From an uncultured delta proteobacterium (GTDB lineage: Bacteria; Myxococcota_A; Polyangia; Polyangiales; Polyangiaceae), in the NCBI GenBank assembly GCA_963806225.1, contig CAWDXG010000001.1, positions 1,216,001 through 1,280,000 on the forward strand: a DNA stretch of 64,000 nt, given 5' to 3'. Made by a program: the position numbers and the translations under genes. Below the pieces are notes generated by a model that was not told the origin of the DNA, did not search any database, and was given only the letters and a program-made list of their open reading frames with translations. This document shows positions 9,436 through 19,328 of the stretch, piece after piece. Each line of letters starts with the position of its first letter. The stretch's first letter is position 1.

Positions 9436-9627
9436 GCCGTGTCGCGCCGCTCGCTCCGCGCGGTGGACCCGGCGCTCCGCCGTGTCGCGCCGCTCGCTCC
9501 GCGCGGTGGAGCGCGCGCTCTGACGTGTCGCGCCGGACCCTCCCAAAAAAACAAGCCTGGTCCTGGCGTGCGTGACGATCCAGCGAGCGCGATCGGGCGA
9601 TCGGGCGATCGGGCGATCGGGCGATCG
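9436..9627. repeat. Short direct repeats
   Basis: GCCGTGTCGCGCCGCTCGCTCCGCGCGGTGGA x2 (about 9436 and 9479); GCGATCGG x5 (about 9588-9627). Confidence 0.85.
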
Positions 9628-9655
9628 TGGTGCGCGACGCGTTGCCCGACGGGCG

Positions 9656-11923
9656 TCAGTCTGCGGCCATCTCGAATACGAGCTTGTGCGCGCCGGCGAG
9701 CTGGGCGTGGGTGAGGTAGGGGCCGTCTAGTTTCTTGCCGTCGAGGGTGACGGAGGTGGGAACGGGGTATTTGCGGGGGTCGGCGGTGGTGGTGATGTCG
9801 AGGTCGCCGGAGGGGCGGTGGAGGACGACGTGGGGGTAGCGGGGGGCGGCGACGATGTAGCGGTCGGTGCCGGCGACGGGGTAGAGGCCGGTCGAGGCGA
9901 AGAGCAGCCAGGCGCTGAGCGTGCCGCTGTCGTCGTTGCCGGCGAGGCCATCGGCGCCGGTGGCGTAGAAGGTGTGTACGATCCAGTCGACCCACTTGAC
10001 CGTGTTTGCCGGGCTGCCCCACGCGGCGTAGAGCCAGGCGGCGATGAGATCGGGCTCGTTGCCGTGCCAGTAGTATTTGCGGCGGCCGAGTAGCGGCGTC
10101 TCGCTTTCCGACTGCGTGAAGAATTCGTCGAGCTTCGCGATCGCCTTGCTGGTGCCGCCGAGCGTCTGGGCCAACCCTGCCGGATCCTGCGGCACGAGCC
10201 ACAGGTACTGCCAGGCGTCGCCTTCGGTGTAGTCGTTCGCGTCGGTGGTGTCGCCGTTCCAGTGGTCGAACTTCCCGTCGCTGTTCATCCCGTGGAAAAA
10301 GCCGACGGTGGGGTCGTACAGTTTCTGCCACGACTGCGCGTGCTTCGACAGCGCGGCGGCGTCCGCGCTCTTGCCGAGCGCCTTGGCCCACGCAGCCATG
10401 GCGTAGTCGGCGGAGGCGTACTCCTGGGTGCGCGAGACAGAGCCGCCGGCCTTGTCCGCCGGCACGTAGCCGTACTTCAGATAGTCCTGGATGCTGCCGC
10501 GGCCGCCCATGGGGCCCGGCGACGGTCCGAAGGCGTCGACGCGCGACAGTTCGTACGCCTTCTGTTCGCCCACGCTGGGCTTCACGCCCTTGGCGATCGA
10601 CTCGGCCATGACGATCTCGCCGGGCGAGCCGATCATCGATTTGGCGTCGCCGTTGGCGAGCGACCAGCGCGGCAGCGCGCCGCCCTCCGCCGCCATGGCG
10701 AGCAGCGAGTCGGCGAAGGCCTGGTTGTGCGGATCTTCCGTGAAGAGCAGCCACGGGTGCAGTGTGCGGTACGTGTCCCACAGGGAAAAGTCGCTGAAGC
10801 GCGGGACCTTGCTCGTCACGACTTTGTCGTTCACGTCGAGCGCGCGTCCATCGACGTCGCTCATCAGCGTGGGCATGAGCTGCGAGTGGTAGAGCGCCGT
10901 CCCGAGGATGGTCGCTTCGGAGCCGTCTGCGTCGCCTCCCTTCACCGGGTACACCTCGACGCGGGAGAAAACGTCGTGCCAGGCCTTTTCCGCCTTGTTG
11001 CGAACGCCGTCGAAGTCGAACGTGGGGATCTCCGCGTCCAGGTTGCCCGAGGCGCCCGGCGCGTCCACGAAGCTCGTGGCCACGCGCGCCTGTACCGTCT
11101 TCGTTCCGGCAGGGAAGCGCAGCCACGCGCCGAGATCGGTGCCGGCGGCGCTCTGCTGGCCGGCGTGCAGCCCGCTGTCGTCCCAGACGCCCGTCTCCGC
11201 CGGGGTCTGGTTGAACACGCTGTGGGCGTAGACCTTGAAGCCGCCGAAGCGGCCGCTCATGCCGCCGATGTTCATCATCCAGCCGGTCAGGGTGTCCGGG
11301 GCGTTGAAGCCGATCGAGCCGCCGCCGCTCTTTCCACCGGGAAGTGTGTGCTGGAAATCGACGAGCACGACCGGATCGACGCCGGCGGGGAAGGTGAAGC
11401 GGAAGAGCGCGGCGCGCAGCGTGCTCGTGATCTCCACCTGGATGCCGGTGTCGAGCTTCACGCTGTAGTAGCCGAGTGACGCCTTTTCGCTGTCGTGCGA
11501 GAAGCGCGCGGCGTAACCCTCTTCGCTCCGGCGGCTGTCGTTCATGCCGTCGACGGGCATGAAGCCGATCACGCCGTAGTCCGGTTCGCCGGTGCCGTGC
11601 ATGCGCATCAGGCTGAAGCCCGCGATGCGCGTGTCGCCGTAGTAGTAGCCCGAGCAGTGGTAGAAGCCCGGCCCCTCGCTCTTGTCGGGGCGCGTGTCGG
11701 GTCCCGGGTGCACCATCGCGAACGGCAGTGCCGGGCCCGGATACCCGGAGCCGATGCCGAAGCCGTTGCCTCCCGTCGCGATCATCGGATCGACGCTGCC
11801 CTGCAGATCGAGCGCTGCGCCGACCTCCACCGGCGGCGGCTTGTGCTTTCCGTCGGTCGAAGCCGACGACGAGCAGCCTGCAGCCGCGATAGCGCAGCCG
11901 AGCACGAGCCAGGGACGAAGCAT
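9656..11923 (-). CDS. GH92 family alpha-1,2-mannosidase-like lipoprotein
   Basis: YPGPALPFAMVHPGPDT, FSLWDTYRTLHP, SVSRTQEYA, YTEG.AWQYLW, HGNEP, GNDDSGTLSAW; lipobox AAGC. Confidence 0.93.
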   Translation of the reverse strand: MLRPWLVLGCAIAAAGCSSSASTDGKHKPPPVEVGAALDLQGSVDPMIATGGNGFGIGSGYPGPALPFAMVHPGPDTRPDKSEGPGFYHCSGYYYGDTRIAGFSLMRMHGTGEPDYGVIGFMPVDGMNDSRRSEEGYAARFSHDSEKASLGYYSVKLDTGIQVEITSTLRAALFRFTFPAGVDPVVLVDFQHTLPGGKSGGGSIGFNAPDTLTGWMMNIGGMSGRFGGFKVYAHSVFNQTPAETGVWDDSGLHAGQQSAAGTDLGAWLRFPAGTKTVQARVATSFVDAPGASGNLDAEIPTFDFDGVRNKAEKAWHDVFSRVEVYPVKGGDADGSEATILGTALYHSQLMPTLMSDVDGRALDVNDKVVTSKVPRFSDFSLWDTYRTLHPWLLFTEDPHNQAFADSLLAMAAEGGALPRWSLANGDAKSMIGSPGEIVMAESIAKGVKPSVGEQKAYELSRVDAFGPSPGPMGGRGSIQDYLKYGYVPADKAGGSVSRTQEYASADYAMAAWAKALGKSADAAALSKHAQSWQKLYDPTVGFFHGMNSDGKFDHWNGDTTDANDYTEGDAWQYLWLVPQDPAGLAQTLGGTSKAIAKLDEFFTQSESETPLLGRRKYYWHGNEPDLIAAWLYAAWGSPANTVKWVDWIVHTFYATGADGLAGNDDSGTLSAWLLFASTGLYPVAGTDRYIVAAPRYPHVVLHRPSGDLDITTTADPRKYPVPTSVTLDGKKLDGPYLTHAQLAGAHKLVFEMAAD

Positions 11924-12086
11924 GGCGCGATCGTAGCCGCGCGGGCGTGGGCGCACCAGCGCGCAGCGTCCCTGCGGCTTTCCGGCGCGGCGACAGCGCG
12001 CGCATATTCGTGCGTCGCGGGTGTTGTGGGTCTGCGTTGGTCGCGTTTTCGGCGTAGCGATGGCGGGAGGTTGCGGCGGTTCCGGG

Positions 12087-12268
12087 TCGGGCGGTGCGGG
12101 CGGTGCGGGCGGTGCGGGCGGTGCGGCGCGGCGCTTGAAAATGGGTCCAAGCCCGGGCTTGGAGGCGAAAACGCGCGTCTGGTCACGGCGGGCGTGGCGT
12201 CGCGTCCCGTCAAAGCGCGTCCCGTCACAGCGCGCGTCGCGTCCCGTCACAGCGCGTCGCGCGTCGCG
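12087..12268. repeat. Intergenic repeat cluster
   Basis: GGGCGGTGC x4; one copy of the 51-bp palindromic unit family (12131-12182); GCGTCCCGTCA(A/C)AGCGCG x3. Confidence 0.8.
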
Positions 12269-14122
12269 CTAGATCGCCATGCCGCGCGCGTTGAACACTT
12301 GCTTGACGCCTTCGCGTAGGCGCTCGGAGCCTTGGGGATACGCTTCGCGGGCGGCGTCGAGGAAGCGGGTGCCTCGGGCGGTGGACAGGGCTTTGATGGC
12401 TTCGCCGCGCTCGTCGGGGCCGCCGTGGTCGAGCGCCGCGATGAGCAGCTCGGCGGCTTCGTCGACGTCGATGCGCGCGAGGGCGCGAAGGGCCGCGATG
12501 CGCACCGCCTGGCGATCGCTGGTGCGGTAGATGCGCGAGAGCGGATCGCAGGCGTGCTCGAAGCGCAGGCGTTCGAGCGCCTTGACCGCCTCGGCGCTCA
12601 CCTTCGAGTCGGAGTCGCCGAGCGCGGCGCCGAGCGTGACGAAGCTGCGCTTGAAGAAATAGCGGGAGAGCGCCTGGATCGCGGCAAGCCGCACTGCCGG
12701 CTCGGGCCGCGTGAAGAGCTTTTCCAGTGGCGACAGCAGCGTGTAGAGCCCGATCGGCGCGAGGTAGCCCGCGAGCACCACCTGGGCGCGCGCGTTGTCC
12801 GGCGTGGCCTCCGCGTCCAGAGCAACCAGCCGCGCCGTGAGCGCGGCGCGCATCGTGATGCGGTCGCCCGTCTCGTCCGGATCGAGCAGTAGATCGGCGC
12901 AGGCCCCCGCGGCCGAGCCTTGCTCCTCCCACTCGATCAGATCGACGTGCCACACGTCGGGCGGCGCGACGTGGCGGCCCAGGCGATCGTCGAGCGCTCC
13001 AGCGGCCGATGCCGCGTCGCTCGCGCCCTCGTAGCGCTCGGCGGCGCGCGCGTAGTGGCGCTTGCGCGCTGGCTCCAGATCCAGCTGCTGCAGCCGGTGG
13101 TAGAGGCTGCCCACGCGCGCGTACTGCCCGGCCTCGGCGCTCGCGAGCAGGCTGGCGAGAAATGCATTTTCGACCAGCTCGGGTGGGCCGCCGCGCTCCA
13201 GCATGTGTTCGGCGGCGTGCTGCCACAGCTCCGACTGTCTGAGCGTGCCGCGCTCGGCGATGCGCGGCAGGCCCTGCTTCTGCGCGAAGGCGGTCATCTC
13301 GCGCGCCAGCGTTGCCGCCGCCGAGCTCTCGCCAGCGCGCTCCGCCAGCCCGATCGCGTGATCGTACAGGCGGAGGGCGTGGTAGCGGAGGTTGTCCTCG
13401 CCCAGGATGCGGATCGCGTTCACGACGCCCTCGAGCACGTGCTCGAACATGCCGCTCAGCTCGCCGATCGCGATCAGCACGTGGTAGCAGTCGAAGGCGC
13501 GCTCGCGCTGGCCGATCGACTCGAAGCGATCCGCGGCTTCTTCCAGCCTGTGCACGGCCGCCACCGTGGCCTCGCGCGCCGCGCGTTCGTCACCCGCCGC
13601 GCGGCTGGTGCGCGCGACGTTGAAGCGCGCGAGCCCCGCCGCGTACGGCTCGCCGGACTGCTCGTCGAGCTGGGAGGCGAGCCGCGACCACAGCGTGCGG
13701 GCCCGTGCGACGTCCGCGGCACGTTCGTAGTAGATGGCGGCGCGCACGAGCTGTCCTTCCTGTTCCAGCTCGCGCGCCGCCCGGCCATAGAGCTCCGCGG
13801 CGGGATCGGGCCCCTGAGCTGCCCACGAAGCCCAGGTGCGGGCTCGATCGATGGCGGGCACGTTGTCGAGTAGCGCCCGCTGGCGCGCGCGATCGGCCGT
13901 GTACCACGCGGTCGACAGCGCCGCGCGGTGTTCGCCCTTCTTGACCAGAAGCTCGCCGAGGCTCGCGACCGCGCGGGCATAGCCCTGTTCGCGCGCGTGG
14001 GTGTGGAGCAGTGCCATCGCGAGCGAGCGCAGGGCGGCATCCTGGTTCTTCGTGCGCCGGGCACGGTCGAGCAGATCGTCCAGCTCGGACTCCGGCCGCA
14101 GCCCGTCGAAGATCTCGATCAC
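12269..14122 (-). CDS. Alpha-helical repeat protein with C-terminal HEAT repeats
   Basis: GTG start overlapping the vWA gene stop; TPR-like helices, then HEAT-like PAVRLAAIQAL, SKVSAEAVKAL, QAVRIAALRAL. Confidence 0.8.
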   Translation of the reverse strand: MIEIFDGLRPESELDDLLDRARRTKNQDAALRSLAMALLHTHAREQGYARAVASLGELLVKKGEHRAALSTAWYTADRARQRALLDNVPAIDRARTWASWAAQGPDPAAELYGRAARELEQEGQLVRAAIYYERAADVARARTLWSRLASQLDEQSGEPYAAGLARFNVARTSRAAGDERAAREATVAAVHRLEEAADRFESIGQRERAFDCYHVLIAIGELSGMFEHVLEGVVNAIRILGEDNLRYHALRLYDHAIGLAERAGESSAAATLAREMTAFAQKQGLPRIAERGTLRQSELWQHAAEHMLERGGPPELVENAFLASLLASAEAGQYARVGSLYHRLQQLDLEPARKRHYARAAERYEGASDAASAAGALDDRLGRHVAPPDVWHVDLIEWEEQGSAAGACADLLLDPDETGDRITMRAALTARLVALDAEATPDNARAQVVLAGYLAPIGLYTLLSPLEKLFTRPEPAVRLAAIQALSRYFFKRSFVTLGAALGDSDSKVSAEAVKALERLRFEHACDPLSRIYRTSDRQAVRIAALRALARIDVDEAAELLIAALDHGGPDERGEAIKALSTARGTRFLDAAREAYPQGSERLREGVKQVFNARGMAI

Positions 14123-15609
14123 CGGCGCTCCGCTGCCGGAGTGCGCGCCGAACGCGGAGCATCGCCGCCGCGGGGTGCCTTCTCGCCCACGTCGCCGAGG
14201 ATGCGCCGCGCCTCGTCCGCCCGCGCGCCGCGGCTGGCCAGCACCTGGTGATCGACGACCCAGTATGCGTCCAGGAGGTCGAGGTAATCGAGCGATAGTT
14301 CGCCGCCGGAAGGCAGCATGAACACGGCCGCCAGGCGCGCGCTCTGCCTGATCGCGCTCACCGTTTCGCGCGGGATGTACAGCGCCGCGTGCGTGTACAG
14401 GTGCACCACGATCTGCCGCGCATCGCGCGCCGCCGAGATTTCGAGGAAGCGCGCGAGCTCGCCGAACACGCGCGCGGGATTGCGCCCGCGTTCCCCCTTG
14501 AACGAAAGGAGGTAGCCCACCGGAAGCTGGCCGCCGCGCGCCGCCCGCGGCTCGTACAGCCGCGAATCGAAGAAGCGCAGAACGACGTCTTCGCCGGCGA
14601 GCAACAGCTTTTTCGCCGAGGCGAGCGCCATGCCGCGCGCGAAGGTGGCGCGATCGCCGCGCATCGACGCGGAGGCATCGATCAGGACGTGGTGCACGCG
14701 GCGCGCCTCGTCGTGGGCCTGTTCGCGCGCGTAGTAGAGCACCTCGTCGTCGGCCAGCCGCCGCATCAGCTCGTCCGCATCCCACGCGAGCTCGCTCAAG
14801 ACGAGGCTGTCGATGCTGCCCTTGCGCGCCAGCCCTGCGTAGCCGAACGCCGGATGCGTGCCGGCGCCGGGGCGCGTCTTGGCCTCGAGCACGCTCGGCA
14901 GGATTTCGAGCGAGAAGTTGACCACGTCGTTGGCCTCGGGCTGGCCCAGCACGCCGAGCAGGTCGACCTGCGCCATCGCGCCTTCGGCGGCGTCGCCCCC
15001 CAGCATGCCGAACAGCTGCAGCGTGTCCAGGTCGAGCGCGTCGACCAGCGTCAGCACGTACAGCGCCGCGTCGCAGAGCCCGCGCACGGCGGCGATGTCC
15101 CAGCGGCGGCTCACCGCGTTGAAGAGCGCCGGCAGCTCCGGCCCGAGCCGCTCGAGCAGCGCGGCGTCGAGCGGGAGGCCCGACACATAGGCGGGTGCGA
15201 CCTTGACGCGTGCGGCCACGCTGCCGAGAAGCCGCGCCAGCAGCACCACGACCAGATCGTCGCTCATCGAAAGCGAGCTCGAGCGCCGCGCGGTCTCGCT
15301 TCCGGCCACTTCCTCGATGAGCTTCCGGTAATCCGCCATCAGCTGCGCGCCGCCGGGCGCGTCCGCCAGAAGCGTGTCGTAGTGCGCGCGCGCACCAAGC
15401 TCGAGCTGCTCGTTCGGACACGCGAGCAGCAGCCCGAGATCGTGCACCACCGACAGCGGCATGTTCACGCCGAGGCGCCTGAGCTCGCGGTGCCAGCGCA
15501 CCGCCCTGAGCGCCAGCGTCGAGGCCCGCGGCGTCGCGACCGACAGCGCCAGCGACCCCAGCGGTCCCGCGACCGCGGGATCCCGGGCGAGCTCGTCGGG
15601 CAGCGGCAT
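14119..15609 (-). CDS. von Willebrand factor A (vWA) domain protein
   Basis: MIDAS motif HVLIDASASMRG; upstream KGSIDSLVLSELA...EVLYYARE segment resembles MoxR-associated vWA proteins. Confidence 0.8.
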   Translation of the reverse strand: MPLPDELARDPAVAGPLGSLALSVATPRASTLALRAVRWHRELRRLGVNMPLSVVHDLGLLLACPNEQLELGARAHYDTLLADAPGGAQLMADYRKLIEEVAGSETARRSSSLSMSDDLVVVLLARLLGSVAARVKVAPAYVSGLPLDAALLERLGPELPALFNAVSRRWDIAAVRGLCDAALYVLTLVDALDLDTLQLFGMLGGDAAEGAMAQVDLLGVLGQPEANDVVNFSLEILPSVLEAKTRPGAGTHPAFGYAGLARKGSIDSLVLSELAWDADELMRRLADDEVLYYAREQAHDEARRVHHVLIDASASMRGDRATFARGMALASAKKLLLAGEDVVLRFFDSRLYEPRAARGGQLPVGYLLSFKGERGRNPARVFGELARFLEISAARDARQIVVHLYTHAALYIPRETVSAIRQSARLAAVFMLPSGGELSLDYLDLLDAYWVVDHQVLASRGARADEARRILGDVGEKAPRGGDAPRSARTPAAERR

Positions 15610-15764
15610 GTCTCGATGTATAGCGCAATCGCCCGCGCCGTCCGGCGCGGCTGTCGCCGCCGTCGGATCGATACTCTGCAGACCCCGGAGTTTCCCGCCG
15701 CGAAGAAGCCCCCCCGCCGTTTTCGATGGCAGGTCCTGGCAGCCGCTCCACAGCAGAGAGACGC

Positions 15765-16115
15765 CACGCCCGCGCCGCGCGGCGCGCCTGGCTTCGTCGC
15801 TTCACGCGGGCACGCCCGCGCCGCGTGCGCGTCCGGCGTCGTCGCTTCACGCGGGAGAACCGCCGCGGCGCCGAGCACGCAAAGGAAAGGGGAGCCGGGA
15901 TTCGCTCTGGGCGTGGCCATTCCATGAGGGAAGTCACGGGCCTCTGTTTGTCCGGATTGCGGACATTTCGGGGCACATGAGGGGTCATGGGCGTCTGGAC
16001 GTCCGCTTTCCGGACATTTCGAGGGCTATGAGGTTCGCCATGGAAGTCTTTCGGGCACGTCCGCGCCGCGTGCGCGTCCGGCGCGCCTGGCTTCGTCGCT
16101 TCAGCGCGCGCGTCC
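15765..16115. repeat. Composite repeat containing copy 2 of the ~130-bp element (15920-16045)
   Basis: TTCCATG...CATGGAA ends; flanking direct repeats GGGCACG(C/T)CCGCGCCGCGTGCGCGTCCGGCG (about 15808 and 16053) and GCCTGGCTTCGTCGCTTCA. Confidence 0.8.
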
Positions 16116-17702
16116 GCGCCGCGCGGCACTTCCGGCACTTCCGGCGAGCATGGGCGGTCCGGTGAACATTCCGCACGGAAAGGCGCGGGTCTGGGCGATT
16201 TGGCGGCGTTGCCACCAGTTGGCGGTTGCGGCTTTCTCGGCGGGGGTGGTGAAGCGGTAGTCGTAGAAGACGATGCGGACGGCTTGGGGTTCGGCGGGCA
16301 GGGGATCGACGAAGAGTGGCTGCACGACCGCCGGCTCGCGGCACAGGTGCTCGAGCAGCGAGCCGACGTAGCGGGGCATGTGGCGGAAGCCGAGCCCGTA
16401 GAACCAGAGCAGGAAGTCGACGCGTGGTTGGTGCGGCGCGACGAACGGCGGCGCGCGCCCTACCGGCCCGGCCTTGTAGTGGAAGTTGTGCTCGGTCCAG
16501 CGCGTGCCGTCGTAGGTCGAAAACTGCGGCTCGATGCGGGTGCGCGTCACCTGCGTGAACAGGTAGTACGTGTTGATCACGCGGAACGGGCGCAGGCTTC
16601 CGCTCAGCGTGTCGAGCCCCGCGAAGCCCCCGCGGGGGCGGTCGAAGTGCTGCAAGCCGTTGTTCAGCGAAACGGCGATGTACAGCGCCGAGAACAGGTA
16701 CGCCCCGGCGCGGCGCGCGCCCGTGAGCCACATCTGGCTCTCCACGCGCGCTGAAAGGCGCGGCGTCAGCGCGTGGCGCACGCGGCCCCAGCGCCGCAAC
16801 AGCAGCCGGAGCCGCGCTGCCGGCCGGCGCAGCGCTGGGACGCGACGCCTGAGCCGCCGCATTCGCCCGCCGACGAAGGCGCGCAGCCGTTCGAGGTCGC
16901 GATCGTCGAGCAGGAAGACGCCGAGCGCCAGCGCCAGGTAGGAGAAGAAGCCGTAGTTGGCGGTGGCGATGTTGATCAGCTGGAAGCCCGTGAACACCAC
17001 GGCCGCCACGATGCGCGCGCGCCGCGGCCCGAAGATCAGGAAGGGCACGGCCAGCTCCCACACCAGCGTCGCGTTGCTCTCGATGTGGTGCCACCAGGCG
17101 GGCAGGTGGTGCGCGTACCAGGCGAGCGCCGTCGGGATCGGCGCGGTCTGGTAGTAGAAGCGCATCGCGCTGCCGTCGAGCCAGTCGCCGATGGGCGACT
17201 GCAGCTTGGCGAGCCCCGACTCGAAGTACAGCTTGAACAGGAGCAGCCGGAACAGGAGGTGGATCCACTTCGCCGGGCGATCGCGCGGCAGGAAGCACGC
17301 CAGAAGCCCGCACTCGAGCAGCAGGTTGTCCCACTGGAAGCCGGTGAAGCTGCGGCACGCCACCGCGTAGCCGAGATAGAGCAGCGTCGAGAGCGCGAAG
17401 CAGGCCCGCGGCCACACACCGGCCAGGGCCAGAAGCGACAGCGCGACGCCGAGCCAGATCCCGCCGCGCAGGAGCGCGTCGCTCGAGCCGAGCCAGAGCC
17501 ACGTCGGCACCTGCAAGAAGCCCGCGGTCGTGCGCGCGCGCAGCATCTCGAGCCAGCTGTGAGCGGGCAGGAGCCCGTGGCTGCCGACGAGCAGCGTCAC
17601 CTGCACTCCGAGCGACAGCCAGGCGATCAAGAACACGAGCGCGAGCTCGCGCTGGAAGATCCGCGCGACGGCCGGTCCGGAATCGTGCTTCCACACAGAC
17701 AC
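16101..17702 (-). CDS. Lipase maturation factor (LMF) family membrane protein
   Basis: FQWDNLLLECG, LLFKLYFESGLAK, YYQTAPIPT, TANYGFF, APHQPRVDF motifs. Confidence 0.9.
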   Translation of the reverse strand: MSVWKHDSGPAVARIFQRELALVFLIAWLSLGVQVTLLVGSHGLLPAHSWLEMLRARTTAGFLQVPTWLWLGSSDALLRGGIWLGVALSLLALAGVWPRACFALSTLLYLGYAVACRSFTGFQWDNLLLECGLLACFLPRDRPAKWIHLLFRLLLFKLYFESGLAKLQSPIGDWLDGSAMRFYYQTAPIPTALAWYAHHLPAWWHHIESNATLVWELAVPFLIFGPRRARIVAAVVFTGFQLINIATANYGFFSYLALALGVFLLDDRDLERLRAFVGGRMRRLRRRVPALRRPAARLRLLLRRWGRVRHALTPRLSARVESQMWLTGARRAGAYLFSALYIAVSLNNGLQHFDRPRGGFAGLDTLSGSLRPFRVINTYYLFTQVTRTRIEPQFSTYDGTRWTEHNFHYKAGPVGRAPPFVAPHQPRVDFLLWFYGLGFRHMPRYVGSLLEHLCREPAVVQPLFVDPLPAEPQAVRIVFYDYRFTTPAEKAATANWWQRRQIAQTRAFPCGMFTGPPMLAGSAGSAARRGRAR

Positions 17703-17714
17703 GCTGGGCGGAGA

Positions 17715-19124
17715 CTACTCCGCTCGCGTGTTCGCGTCGTCGCTGCTGTCGCTGTCGCGCTGCGAGCCGCTCCCGTCGGCTTCCGGCGCGGGCGCTTTCC
17801 CGGGCTCCGGCGGACGCGAGACCCGCGCCGCCACGCTGGGCAGCCGCCGCCAGGAGTGGTCGCCCGTGATGAGCCGCGCGCCGCGGCGGTAGGTGAGGTA
17901 CGCCCAGAACCAGTTGAGGAAGACCGCGACCCGGTTCCGGAAGCCGACCAGGTACCAGATGTGGACGAAGATCCACGCCAACCACGCGATCAGCCCGGAG
18001 AGCTTGAGCTTTCCCGAGCCGGTCTGCGCGACGGCGCGCGAGCGACCAATGGTCGCCATGATGCCCTTGTCCCGGTAGCGGAAGGGGCGGCGCTCCCGCC
18101 CGGCGACGCTGCGCGCGATGTTGTCGGCGACCAGCAGGGCCTGCTGCATCGCCACGGGAGCGAGACCGGGCAGCGCGCTTCCGGCGCCTTCCGGCGTGAA
18201 GGCGGCGATGTCGCCGAGTGCGAATACCTCCGGATGGCCCGGGACGGAGCAATCCTGCCCGACCACGACGCGGCCGGAGGCGTCGAGCTCCGTGCCGAGC
18301 GCCCGGGCGATGGGACGCGGCTCTACGCCGGCCGTCCACAGCACCGTGGCCGACTCGATGAGCTCGCCGTCCAGACGCACGCCGAGCTCGTCGATGTCCT
18401 GCACCGCCGAGCCGAGCCGGACTTCCACGCCGAGAGCCGTGAGCTGCCGGCGCGCCTTGTCCGCCAGCGACGTGACGAAGCCGCCCGGCAGGAGGTGGTC
18501 CTTCATCTCGAGCAGCAGCACCCGCGCCAGCGTGGGGTCGATATGCCGGAAGTCCTCCGCCATCACGCGGCGCGACAGCTCGGCGAGCGCGCCGGCGATC
18601 TCGACGCCGGTGGGCCCACCCCCGATGACGATGAACGTGAGCAGGCGCTCGCGCGCCTTGTCGTCCGTCTCGCGCTCGGCGGCCTCGAACGCCATCAGCA
18701 CGCGGCGCCGGATCTCGATCGCGTCGTCGACGCTCTTCAGCCCCAGCGAGTGCGGCGCCCACCTGTCCTCGTTGCCGAAATAGTTGGTGCGCGCGCCGGC
18801 GGCGAGCACGAGATAGTCGTAGGAGACGTGTGCGCCGTCGAGCAACTCGATGCGGCGCTCGTCCACGTCGATGTCAGTCGCCTCGCCGAGCAGCACCTCG
18901 GCGTTGTCCTGCTGGCTGAAGACGCTGCGCAGCGGATACGCGATGTCCGCGGGCGAGAGCCCGGCCATGGCGATCTGGTAGAGCAGCGGCTGGAACAGGT
19001 GGTAGTTGTTCCGGTCGACAAGCGTGACCTGTACCGGCACGTGCGCCAGCCGGCGCGCTGCGCAGAGCCCGCCGAAGCCGCCGCCGACGATCACGACATG
19101 TGGGAGGGTCTTTCCCGGGACCAT
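17715..19124 (-). CDS. ndh: Type II NADH dehydrogenase (FAD-dependent)
   Basis: VVIVGGGFGG, HLFQPLLYQ, GGGPTGVE.AG, FALGD, APVAMQQ, Y.DKG.MATIGR. Confidence 0.93.
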   Translation of the reverse strand: MVPGKTLPHVVIVGGGFGGLCAARRLAHVPVQVTLVDRNNYHLFQPLLYQIAMAGLSPADIAYPLRSVFSQQDNAEVLLGEATDIDVDERRIELLDGAHVSYDYLVLAAGARTNYFGNEDRWAPHSLGLKSVDDAIEIRRRVLMAFEAAERETDDKARERLLTFIVIGGGPTGVEIAGALAELSRRVMAEDFRHIDPTLARVLLLEMKDHLLPGGFVTSLADKARRQLTALGVEVRLGSAVQDIDELGVRLDGELIESATVLWTAGVEPRPIARALGTELDASGRVVVGQDCSVPGHPEVFALGDIAAFTPEGAGSALPGLAPVAMQQALLVADNIARSVAGRERRPFRYRDKGIMATIGRSRAVAQTGSGKLKLSGLIAWLAWIFVHIWYLVGFRNRVAVFLNWFWAYLTYRRGARLITGDHSWRRLPSVAARVSRPPEPGKAPAPEADGSGSQRDSDSSDDANTRAE

Positions 19125-19142
19125 GGCCGACCGGATCGTAGT

Positions 19143-19328
19143 TCAGGTGGGGGGCCGCTCGAAACCCGGGCAGCGCAGCACCGGCAGCGGCGGATACTTC
19201 GGGTAGCGCGGGTCCGTCTCCGAGCGCCCGCACAGCAGGAATTCGCTGCCGCGCGAGGAAACCACGCTGCGCGCGTGCACGCAGGTCGCGCATAGGCCCA
19301 GTCGCCGCGCGCGCAGCTCGTCGCTCAC
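19143..19328 (-). CDS. Small Cys-rich hypothetical protein (61 aa)
   Basis: GTG start overlapping the upstream stop; GLCATCVHA...FLLC...YPKYPPLPVLRCPGF. Confidence 0.75.
   Translation of the reverse strand: MSDELRARRLGLCATCVHARSVVSSRGSEFLLCGRSETDPRYPKYPPLPVLRCPGFERPPT

Noticed and set aside
6829..9575. Long ORFs across the repeats (e.g. 7005-9575, AQGDAWADITGYVRRDVAARAGAH repeats)
   Set aside because: Four frames on both strands are open because the unit is a multiple of 3 and stop-poor; there is no RBS and the variable sites are mostly non-synonymous. Coding is unlikely but not excluded without proteomics.
14123..16138. N-terminal extension of the 1289-aa ORF
   Set aside because: It overlaps the vWA gene out of frame and crosses repeat DNA; the real start is probably GTG 14122.
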